NCBI GenBank assembly: GCA_965230535.1
Contig: OZ246010.1
Coordinates: 2,102,552 to 2,166,551 of the forward strand
Origin: Parvicellaceae bacterium
Lineage (GTDB): Bacteria > Bacteroidota > Bacteroidia > Flavobacteriales_D > JAUILH01
Direction: 5' to 3'
DNA: 64,000 nt
Below the pieces are notes generated by a model, which saw only the letters and a list, made by a program, of their open reading frames with translations, was not told the origin of the DNA and did not search any database. This document shows, piece by piece, positions 1-7,925 of this stretch; positions within the stretch are counted from its first letter, which is position 1, and each line of letters begins with the position of its first letter. Made by a program: the position numbers and the translations under genes.

Positions 1-378
1 AATTTTATAGTTCCATGGATTGTTAGTGCCCGCCAGTGTATAAGGGAACACCAATCCTCTTTCCGCCTTCATATGTGGTTCCATTTGCGTGAGATAACGT
101 CTCATTCGATGGGCATACGTTCCAGCCTGAAGGTGAGAACCCCCGATATGAAAAATCGTAACAGGTTCATCTGTTTCTTGCTGATAGACTTTTTCCATTT
201 TCTCGAAAAAATGGTCGAAAGCCGGAGATTCTCCATAAAACTCAATCTCATTTTTTTCCCACATTACAAAAGGATACTGTCTGATTAAAGAAGAATCGAT
301 CAGGAACTTTTGGGCCGAAAGTTGACTCGTGACAGTCGTGGCCAATAACATCACTATAAGTTTACTCAGCTGCTTCAT
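1..378 (-). CDS. SGNH/GDSL-like hydrolase (partial, 3' end outside window)
   Basis: Minus-strand ORF not in the supplied track because it runs off the window edge. ATG at 378-376 gives MKQLSKLIVMLLATTVTSQLSAQ (signal peptide), then ...IFHIGGSHLQAGTY, which resembles SGNH block I and is similar to the downstream paralog. Overlaps the stop of the next gene by 17 nt. Confidence 0.5.
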   Translation of the reverse strand, partial: MKQLSKLIVMLLATTVTSQLSAQKFLIDSSLIRQYPFVMWEKNEIEFYGESPAFDHFFEKMEKVYQQETDEPVTIFHIGGSHLQAGTYAHRMRRYLTQMEPHMKAERGLVFPYTLAGTNNPWNYKI

Positions 379-1915
379 TGTTGCTTGAATTAGTTGATTT
401 ATAGTGTTGATATTCCAATAACAGTGCCTTCATTAGCAATGATGAGATTCTTTTCATACCTGCATGAGAGAAGTGGGTATAATCCTGAGCGGCCCAGCCA
501 TTCTCTACCCATGTTACCATAGAGTTCTCACCTCCCATAGCTCTGTAGATGTCCCAATAAGCTGCTCCCGCTTCTAAACTCGCTGCTTTCCACTGATCAA
601 TGAAGTATTCCATTAACTCATAAGTTTGATATTCTCCTTCAACAAGTGTAGACATATCTGATGGCCCAATAACCAGAATTTGTGCTGTTGGACGGGCCTT
701 TTTCACACGATAAATCTGTGACTTGAACCAATTGGCATTTCTATCAGCCTGCTCTTTCGACTTCAAATAAGGCATGAGATTTCCACCGTACTGCATGATC
801 ACAAACTCGGTATTCAAGCCATCAAGCATGGCATCAAATTCAGCGTAATTTATCTTAGTAAAAATCGTTCCTCCGGATCCCCTCATGGCTACGTTGTCCA
901 TATTTACGCCATAGTTCCCATCACAGGTGATTCCGTAAAAGTCCGGACTTTGAATTCCGGTAAACTCAATTTTCAAGGCTTCAGGAGTAGCTCCTAAAAT
1001 AATTGGATAAGCATGGTAAGCTCCATCCGTTCTCAGGCTATCATTGGCAATGACTTCACCGTTGTTTGTGACTTTTATGGCTACCGGATACTTGCAATTG
1101 CCATAATGCACTTTGATGACATTGAAAGCCTTCAGGTTACCGTATCCTGTCTTTTTGGATTTCCCAACCTCAACCCAGGCAGTTTGCACAGGCAGTGTAT
1201 CGCTCACCATGGAATCTGGTAACTCCGTGGTAAAGCGTGACAAACTTGCAAAGGCGCCATAAGCATTGTGAGGTCGTTTACCTGGCCCAAATACCGTGTG
1301 CCTTGTCCAATTAGGCGATTGCGAAATCTTAATAGAAATTTGATTGTATCGGGGAAGTACCGGAACAAAGCCTGGTCCGTTTCCACCAAACAACTTTTGG
1401 AATTTGTCTCTTATGTAGGCTGTTATCCTGTCTCCTTCAATTTGAGAATCACCGTAGTGCACGATCCTGATGGATTTTCTTTGCGCATTGGAAGCATCCA
1501 GTTTGGCGAACAATGGCGAAAATAGCGCCCGATTACCTTCCGGGAAAGCAATTGGCATAACGCCATCAGCAGTCAAACCAATACTGCCTTGTTTCGGAAT
1601 TTGTAATCCGTTAAGAGTCGTGTCCTTTTTGTTGAATGCCGTGTCTACCGGCTCTGTTTTCATGGCATCAATAAGAGAGTCCATGTCCTCTTCCTCCATA
1701 GTTGCTTCAGCAACAGTGTCAATGTTCGCTTTTTCAACAGTTCTGTAGTTTAGGAATTTTTTGTCGCTAGGGTATTTTATCTTGAAACTGGTGTCACCAA
1801 AAGTAAACTCAGTTAAATAAGATTCTCCGTCTTCATCCTCCACAGAAAAAAAGGTTAGCCCAAAGAGGCAAAGGCCAACACCTACACAAAATATGAGTAC
1901 CTGAATTGGTTTCAT
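362..1915 (-). CDS. secreted tandem SGNH/GDSL hydrolase family protein
   Basis: 517 aa with an N-terminal signal peptide. Block I GDSQIEG (HYGDSQIEGD) in the first half. A second SGNH-like half carries MRGSGGT and a block V-like DYTHFS (DxxH). Confidence 0.7.
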   Translation of the reverse strand: MKPIQVLIFCVGVGLCLFGLTFFSVEDEDGESYLTEFTFGDTSFKIKYPSDKKFLNYRTVEKANIDTVAEATMEEEDMDSLIDAMKTEPVDTAFNKKDTTLNGLQIPKQGSIGLTADGVMPIAFPEGNRALFSPLFAKLDASNAQRKSIRIVHYGDSQIEGDRITAYIRDKFQKLFGGNGPGFVPVLPRYNQISIKISQSPNWTRHTVFGPGKRPHNAYGAFASLSRFTTELPDSMVSDTLPVQTAWVEVGKSKKTGYGNLKAFNVIKVHYGNCKYPVAIKVTNNGEVIANDSLRTDGAYHAYPIILGATPEALKIEFTGIQSPDFYGITCDGNYGVNMDNVAMRGSGGTIFTKINYAEFDAMLDGLNTEFVIMQYGGNLMPYLKSKEQADRNANWFKSQIYRVKKARPTAQILVIGPSDMSTLVEGEYQTYELMEYFIDQWKAASLEAGAAYWDIYRAMGGENSMVTWVENGWAAQDYTHFSHAGMKRISSLLMKALLLEYQHYKSTNSSNNEAAE

Positions 1916-2166
1916 GCTAATCTGCTAAGGTAATTTTAAACATGTTGGTTTCCTTTGTCATTGAACAGTATTTATGCATAACGTCCTGTGGAGAAAGTTA
2001 ATCTCTGGCTCTCTGTTTCGCTCGCTAACATAAGCTCTGCTTTCCAGGTTTTTTCGGAAAAACTATTATGTGCTCAGGTTTGATCATTTTCCGCGAATTT
2101 GTCCTAACCATGGAAAGTGAAAAGACCTAAATTTGCAGATAAACAAAATTAAACTCAAAGATTATA

Positions 2167-2616
2167 GTGTCTGCACCAAGTAAGTTACCCGAATTTGAGC
2201 TTCCTGATGAAAACGGAACGCCTTTTAAATCCTCATCTTTATTAGGACAATCGTCCGTGATTTATTTCTATCCTATGGATGAGACCAGAGGATGCACAGC
2301 ACAAGCGTGCAGCTTTAGAGACGCGTATGAAGATTTTGAGACGGCAGGCGCTCGTGTAATTGGAATTAGTTCTGATTCTGTAGAGAAGCACTTAAAGTTT
2401 AAAGAAAACCATCGCTTGCCCTTCACACTTTTAGCCGATCCGGACAAAGCCGTGAGACAATTGTTTGGCGTTAAAGGCAATCTTTTTGGACTGATTCCCG
2501 GAAGAGAAACTTTTGTATTCGATAAAGAAGGAAATCTTGTACATCATTTTAAGTCGCAGATGCAATGGACCAAGCACATAGAAGAAGCTTTGAGGATTGT
2601 AAAGAACTTACCATAG
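2167..2616 (+). CDS. bcp: thioredoxin-dependent thiol peroxidase (peroxiredoxin Bcp)
   Basis: GTG start. FYPMDETRGCTAQAC matches the Bcp CxxxxC peroxidatic/resolving Cys motif. 149 aa, typical Bcp length. Confidence 0.85.
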   Translation: MSAPSKLPEFELPDENGTPFKSSSLLGQSSVIYFYPMDETRGCTAQACSFRDAYEDFETAGARVIGISSDSVEKHLKFKENHRLPFTLLADPDKAVRQLFGVKGNLFGLIPGRETFVFDKEGNLVHHFKSQMQWTKHIEEALRIVKNLP

Positions 2617-2725
2617 CCCCATTTTGATTTAAAAAAAACAGACACTGTTCGAGAGATTTCTCCTCGCTGGTCGAAATGGCCGCTAAATCATAAAACAATA
2701 AAATTCCAGGACAGTGCCAAAAAAT

Positions 2726-2762
2726 AAAACCCGGTTATAGACAAACTACAACCGGGTTAATT
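2726..2762. terminator. bidirectional rho-independent terminator between bcp and rpoD
   Basis: AACCCGGTT(2728-2736) / AACCGGGTT(2750-2758) form a perfect 9-bp stem. It is flanked by an A-run on one side and a T-rich tract (TTAATTTTAATT) on the other. Confidence 0.6.
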
Positions 2763-2781
2763 TTAATTATGTCTTATTAGT

Positions 2782-3666
2782 TTAGGCGCTCTCCAACATA
2801 TATGGATGTGCCTTGGCTCTTAATTTTTTGATCACCTTCATTTTGATTTGACGGATTCTCTCTTTGGTTAAGCCCATATCATCGGCAATTTCACCAAGAG
2901 TTTTGTTATCCGTTCCTATTCCAAAGAATCGGGTAATCACAAATTGCTCATTCGTGTCTAAACGCGACAGTAAGCGCGTTACTTCTTTCTTCAGGGATGA
3001 TTCTACAATGCCAGAATCCACATTGTTGATATCCTCTCCAACGAACACGTCTATTTTTCTTGAGTCATCTTCTTCTCCCATTGGCTCATCCAAACTATAT
3101 GATCTGGTTTGTGCCCTCATAGCAGACTTTACAGCGCTTGGCGCTACTTCAAGTGATTTGGCAATTTCATCCACATCTGGTTCACGTTCATTCTCCTGGA
3201 TAAAAGCATCCTGGATACGTTTGATTTTCATAAGTAAACCTACTTTATTGGCAGGCAATCTTACGATCTTTCCTTTTTGCTGGATAGCCACATGGATGGC
3301 TTGTCTTATCCACCATACTGCATAAGAGATGAATTTAAAACCTTTGGTTTCATCAAAGCGTTTTGCTGCTGAGACCAAACCAATGTTCCCTTCATTTATC
3401 AAATCATTAAGGCTTACGCCCAGATGTTGGTATTGTTTTGCTACGGAAACCACAAAGCGTAAATTGGCAGATACCAATTTATTTAGAGCTAATTCGTCTC
3501 CTTGCTTTATTCTTCTTGCCAACTCCACTTCCTCTTCCGCACTGATCATATCGATCGCATTTAACTCTTGAAAATACGCGTTAAGGGAGAGTGAATCCCG
3601 GTTCGTTATACTTTGTTCTATTTTTAATTGACGCATATTATATTGTATTTGTTGTATGAACAACAA
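2782..3666 (-). CDS. rpoD: RNA polymerase primary sigma factor (sigma-70 family, Bacteroidota sigma-A type)
   Basis: 294 aa. Regions 2-4 are recognisable: LRFVVSVAKQY, IRQAIHVAIQQKGKIVRLP, a region 4 HTH and LGEIADDMGLTKERIRQIK. This is the short Bacteroidota SigA architecture. Confidence 0.9.
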   Translation of the reverse strand: MLFIQQIQYNMRQLKIEQSITNRDSLSLNAYFQELNAIDMISAEEEVELARRIKQGDELALNKLVSANLRFVVSVAKQYQHLGVSLNDLINEGNIGLVSAAKRFDETKGFKFISYAVWWIRQAIHVAIQQKGKIVRLPANKVGLLMKIKRIQDAFIQENEREPDVDEIAKSLEVAPSAVKSAMRAQTRSYSLDEPMGEEDDSRKIDVFVGEDINNVDSGIVESSLKKEVTRLLSRLDTNEQFVITRFFGIGTDNKTLGEIADDMGLTKERIRQIKMKVIKKLRAKAHPYMLESA

Positions 3667-3759
3667 TTTTAATTAAATGTTGTTCAATTCTGGAAAAATT
3701 AACAGTTTTTAACTCTATTCCTATTACATTTAGTCGTATGACGGACACAAATATTTTAA

Positions 3760-4671
3760 ATGATGGAATTTGCTTCAAAAACGCCTCTTAAAACGATCTC
3801 ACTCAAGGGAAGAAACTTTTACCTCAAACTGGAAAGTGAACAAGCCAGCAAATCTTTCAAAATCAGAGGAATGGAGACTCTTCTTAGGCACCAATATGCG
3901 CAGGGAAACCGCAAATTTGTGTGTGCATCTGCCGGAAATGCGGGTTTTTCAGCAGCCTTTGTGGTTGATGCGCTTCAAGCTGAGCTTACAGTGGTAGTTC
4001 CAAAAGGTTCTTCAAAAAAAATCCTTGAGCTCATTCAGTCAAAAAACGCCCACGTTGTTGAACATGGAAATGCCTGGCCGGAAGCCAATCAAAAGGCTCT
4101 TGAGTTGGTAGAGGATACTGGTGCTTTTTACATTCCTCCCTATGATCATCCTTTGTTATGGAAAGGGCATTCTATTATGGTAGACGAAATTGTTGAGCAA
4201 ATGGATGTGAAACCAGACGCTGCAGTGGTAGCCGTTGGTGGCGGTGGTTTATTTTGTGGCCTGATGGAAGGTTTACACAGGCATAATTGGGATGACATTC
4301 CAATAATTTGCACAGAAACTACCGGGGCTGCTGCCCTGAACGCGAGTTACAAAGCAAAGGAATTGGTTTTGGTTAATAAGATTGAGACCGTTGCTTCAAG
4401 TTTAGGTGCAAGCATAATTGCACAAGGTGCATTTGATTGGATGCAATCTCATGATGTCAGGAGTCATGTAATCGACGATTTAAGTGCAGTCACTGCCTGC
4501 AAAAAATTTCATGAGTTAACGGGGAAGTGGGTAGAACCGGCTTGTGGAACCGCATTAAATGTGATGTTCAACAACCATTTCCCGGATTATGAAAACGTGC
4601 TGTTAATTGTTTGCGGGGGAATTGGATGGAGCGCAGAACAATCTGAGGCTTTCTTTGTTAGTCATATATGA
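3760..4671 (+). CDS. PLP-dependent L-serine/L-threonine dehydratase (SDS-like)
   Basis: SFKIRGM (the PLP-lysine motif), FVCASAGNAG, IPPYDHPLLWKGH, GGGGLFCG and VEPACGTAL closely track motifs of eukaryotic-type serine dehydratase. The stop overlaps the next start (ATGA). Confidence 0.8.
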   Translation: MMEFASKTPLKTISLKGRNFYLKLESEQASKSFKIRGMETLLRHQYAQGNRKFVCASAGNAGFSAAFVVDALQAELTVVVPKGSSKKILELIQSKNAHVVEHGNAWPEANQKALELVEDTGAFYIPPYDHPLLWKGHSIMVDEIVEQMDVKPDAAVVAVGGGGLFCGLMEGLHRHNWDDIPIICTETTGAAALNASYKAKELVLVNKIETVASSLGASIIAQGAFDWMQSHDVRSHVIDDLSAVTACKKFHELTGKWVEPACGTALNVMFNNHFPDYENVLLIVCGGIGWSAEQSEAFFVSHI

Positions 4672-6131
4672 AAAAAGCCGTCGTTATAGGCTCTGGGATA
4701 GCGGGTTTGGCCTCAGCCTGTCGACTTGCAAAGAAAGGATACCAGGTTTCTGTTTTTGAGGCCAACAGCACCTATGGCGGTAAACTGGATGAAATCAAAG
4801 TAGCCGGCTATCGTTTTGATGCAGGCCCCTCACTATTCACAATGCCTCAATACCTTGAAGAGCTTTTCGAGTTTTGTGGAGAAAAATTATCATCCTATTT
4901 CATTTATGAACGCATGGACGAATCCTGCAGGTATTTTTGGGAAGACGGCACAGAGTTTACTATGCACAATGACGAGACATTATTAAAATCATCCGCGAAA
5001 AAAGCATTTGGAGGTGATGGTCTTAACATTGTTTCTCACCTTAATCAATCTCAATTTATCTACGATAAAATCGGACACATCTTCACAGAAAAGTCGCTTC
5101 ACAAAATTAAAACCTGGATGAGTTGGGACGTAATCAAAGCGCTGCCTCAAATTCCATGGTACGGACTCAATTCCAGCATGGATCAAAAAAACCAATCTTC
5201 ACTCAAACATCCTAAGCTTGTTCAGCTGTTCAACAGATACGCGACCTACAATGGTTCAAACCCCTATCAGGCACCTGCTACATTGAATCTCATCCCACAT
5301 TTAGAACATGGCTTTGGAACTTTTTTCCCAAAAGAGGGCATGCGGTCTATTGCAGACAGTGTTTTTAACCTGGCAAAAAAACTCGGGGTTCAATTTCATT
5401 TTAACACGCCAGTAAGCAGCATTACAGTAAAAAATGGCAGTGCCACTGCTATTGAATGTAACAACGAACCTATTGAAGCAGATGTAGTCGTTTCTAATAT
5501 GGATGTCTACTATACATATACCAGACTACTTCAGAATTTGAAGTTGCCACGGAAAATCAAAACACAGGAGAGGTCTTCTTCGGCCATCATATTCTATTGG
5601 GGAATTAACCGCAAATTCGAAAAACTCGGGCTGCACAATATTCTATTCAGCGAAAATTATGAGGCAGAATTCGAACATATTTTCGGGAAAAAGACCGGAT
5701 TCAATGATCCAACAGTGTACATTCATATAAGCAGTAAAGTTCGAGCTCAGGATGCTCCCAAGAGATGCGAAAATTGGTTTGTGATGGTTAACGCACCTTC
5801 AGATACTGGTCAGAATTGGGACAAACTTGTTGAGGAGCAGAAAGCTTATATTGTGGAGAAAATTAAACGGACACTTGGGGTTGATATCAAGGAACACATA
5901 GAGTCTGAAAACATGCTTGATCCAAGGAAAATTGACGTCAAAACCAGTTCATATCAGGGGTCCTTATATGGAACCAGCTCTAATTCCAAAATGGCTGCTT
6001 TCAACAGACAAAAAAACAAGTCAAATATTAAGAATCTGTTTTTTTGCGGAGGTAGCGTGCATCCTGGAGGCGGTATTCCGCTTTGTTTGATGTCGGCTAA
6101 AATCATGAATGATTCAATTCCAACTGTATGA
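4668..6131 (+). CDS. crtI: phytoene desaturase family protein (CrtI/CrtD-type carotenoid desaturase)
   Basis: N-terminal FAD-binding fold VVIGSGIAGLASACRLAKKGYQVSVFE. C-terminal GGSVHPGGGIPLCLMSAKI, typical of the CrtI family. 487 aa. Whether it is CrtI or CrtD cannot be resolved from sequence alone. Confidence 0.8.
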   Translation: MKKAVVIGSGIAGLASACRLAKKGYQVSVFEANSTYGGKLDEIKVAGYRFDAGPSLFTMPQYLEELFEFCGEKLSSYFIYERMDESCRYFWEDGTEFTMHNDETLLKSSAKKAFGGDGLNIVSHLNQSQFIYDKIGHIFTEKSLHKIKTWMSWDVIKALPQIPWYGLNSSMDQKNQSSLKHPKLVQLFNRYATYNGSNPYQAPATLNLIPHLEHGFGTFFPKEGMRSIADSVFNLAKKLGVQFHFNTPVSSITVKNGSATAIECNNEPIEADVVVSNMDVYYTYTRLLQNLKLPRKIKTQERSSSAIIFYWGINRKFEKLGLHNILFSENYEAEFEHIFGKKTGFNDPTVYIHISSKVRAQDAPKRCENWFVMVNAPSDTGQNWDKLVEEQKAYIVEKIKRTLGVDIKEHIESENMLDPRKIDVKTSSYQGSLYGTSSNSKMAAFNRQKNKSNIKNLFFCGGSVHPGGGIPLCLMSAKIMNDSIPTV

Positions 6132-6760
6132 CGAAAAAGCAAGCATATCGGAATACTCAGTGGCTCCTTCTCATTATCTACCTGGTTGGAGTTGTTGGTT
6201 TATCATTGGGTGCATACAGAGATGATTTCAACAAGCTTACTCCGCTCAACCTGTGGATCAGTAGTGGGATCTTGTTATACTTTTCTGAAAAAACCAATCT
6301 CAGATATTACGGGTGGGTATTCTTTGTGGCAATAGCTGGTTTTTTTGTAGAAATGTTGGGCGTAAAAACAGGGTTTCCTTTTGGTTCATATTCTTATGGA
6401 GCGGCTTTGGGTTATAAGGTCAACGACATTCCTCTTACAATTGGCCTCAATTGGATGGTTCTAATTCTGGGTGTTCTGAGTATTTCCAAAAAGACAAAAC
6501 TCTCTCCTTTCCTACAATCCGTTTTAGCTGCCTGTTTGATGGTAGCCATAGATTTTCTAATTGAACCAGTCGCCATTAAGCTTGACTTCTGGAGTTGGGA
6601 GGGGAATATTCCGATTAGCAACTACCTGGCATGGTGGGGCATTTCCTTTTGCCTGACATACAGTTATTTTCTATTTAAAATTAAGGTCGAAAACAAAATG
6701 GCTGCTTATTTGTTTGCCATACAACTGATATTCTTTTTGACACTTAATTTTACCTTATGA
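6128..6760 (+). CDS. carotenoid biosynthesis membrane protein (CruF/Caroten_synth-like, putative 1',2'-hydratase)
   Basis: 210-aa polytopic membrane protein translationally coupled between a carotenoid desaturase and crtZ. The family assignment comes from context and general resemblance, not from a verified motif. Confidence 0.4.
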   Translation: MTKKQAYRNTQWLLLIIYLVGVVGLSLGAYRDDFNKLTPLNLWISSGILLYFSEKTNLRYYGWVFFVAIAGFFVEMLGVKTGFPFGSYSYGAALGYKVNDIPLTIGLNWMVLILGVLSISKKTKLSPFLQSVLAACLMVAIDFLIEPVAIKLDFWSWEGNIPISNYLAWWGISFCLTYSYFLFKIKVENKMAAYLFAIQLIFFLTLNFTL

Positions 6761-7227
6761 TCTGGTCAATTCTTTCGGGCATTGGGACTTTTTTCTTCAT
6801 GGAGTTTGTAGCCTGGTTTGCCCACAAGTATTTGATGCATGGATTTATGTGGAATTTTCACAGAGACCATCATCAACCTCAATCTGGTTTTTTTGAGAAG
6901 AATGACGTGTTCTTTTTAATTTTTGCAATTCCCAGTTGGCTCTGCATTATGCTGGGTATGATGAATGCTCTTCCTATTGTGGTTGCTGTTGGATTTGGAA
7001 TAGCGGCTTACGGTTTTTGTTATTTCATGGTTCATGATGTTTTTATTCATCAGAGATTTTCCTGGTTCAGACGCTCAAAGCATCCATATTTGATGGCGAT
7101 TAGAAAAGCGCACAAAGTTCATCATAAATACATGGGCAAAGAGCACGGCGAATGTTTTGGTATGTTAATCGTTCCACGTAAGTACTATCGTGAGGCAAAA
7201 AAGGCTGCTGCCAATCTAAAAGTTTGA
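6757..7227 (+). CDS. crtZ: beta-carotene 3-hydroxylase
   Basis: 156 aa. Histidine boxes of fatty-acid hydroxylase superfamily CrtZ are present: HKYLMH, HRDHH, HDVFIHQRF and HKVHHK. Confidence 0.85.
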   Translation: MIWSILSGIGTFFFMEFVAWFAHKYLMHGFMWNFHRDHHQPQSGFFEKNDVFFLIFAIPSWLCIMLGMMNALPIVVAVGFGIAAYGFCYFMVHDVFIHQRFSWFRRSKHPYLMAIRKAHKVHHKYMGKEHGECFGMLIVPRKYYREAKKAAANLKV

Positions 7228-7925
7228 AAAACTTCTATCTATACCTGGATTTAATTACGCTCGCCGGACCACTTTTGTTGAGTTTCGACAAGAAAGTAAG
7301 CTTCTACAAATCTTGGAAAGCTCTTTTTACAGGCATCTTAGTTATGATGCTCATTTTCATTCCATGGGACATCTACTTTACCCAAAATGGTTTCTGGGGG
7401 TTTAATCCTGATCACTTATGTGGAATAGAAATCCTCAGTTTACCTCTGGAGGAATGGTTGTTTTTTATCGTGGTTCCCTACGCCTGCATTTTCATAATTG
7501 CCTGTATTGAAGCCTATTTTGACCCTATCATTCCAAAAAGGACCACAAACATCATTTGGATTGGCTTGACTCTTGTCTGCTTGTCGGTAGAACTAACACA
7601 CCTTGATCGTGCTTACACGGCAATTGCCTTCCTGGGATGTGGCATTACTTTAACAATTGGTTTGAAAGTATTGACTGACCATAATCGACAACATTTTTTG
7701 CTGGCTTATTGCATCATTTTAATTCCGTTTCTGATCATAAATGGAGCACTCACAGGGACAGGAATAGACGAACCTGTGGTTTGGTATAACGATTCGGAAA
7801 ATTTGGGCGTCAGAATTCTCACCATCCCGATAGATGATGTGTTTTACAACCTGTTTATGTTGTTGATTGTTTATATGGTGTACACCAGAGTTAAAGCTTC
7901 CCGGCTACCACACAAGGCTTCTTAA
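7224..7925 (+). CDS. lycopene cyclase domain-containing protein (fused CrtYcd-type)
   Basis: TTG start overlapping the crtZ stop. 233-aa polytopic membrane protein of the size of fused heterodimeric-type lycopene cyclase. Last gene of the carotenoid operon. Confidence 0.65.
   Translation: MKNFYLYLDLITLAGPLLLSFDKKVSFYKSWKALFTGILVMMLIFIPWDIYFTQNGFWGFNPDHLCGIEILSLPLEEWLFFIVVPYACIFIIACIEAYFDPIIPKRTTNIIWIGLTLVCLSVELTHLDRAYTAIAFLGCGITLTIGLKVLTDHNRQHFLLAYCIILIPFLIINGALTGTGIDEPVVWYNDSENLGVRILTIPIDDVFYNLFMLLIVYMVYTRVKASRLPHKAS

Noticed and set aside
73-288. 71-aa plus-strand ORF at the window start
   Set aside because: Lies antisense within the partial minus-strand SGNH-hydrolase gene (1-378), which has a signal peptide and conserved motifs. 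No features of its own.
2864-3571. Plus-strand ORFs of 153 and 80 aa inside rpoD, and similar 60-130 aa ORFs antisense to ileS, flotillin, the 1603-aa gene and others
   Set aside because: They are embedded antisense in long, motif-rich genes and have low-complexity Ser/Leu-rich translations. They are frame-shadow ORFs.
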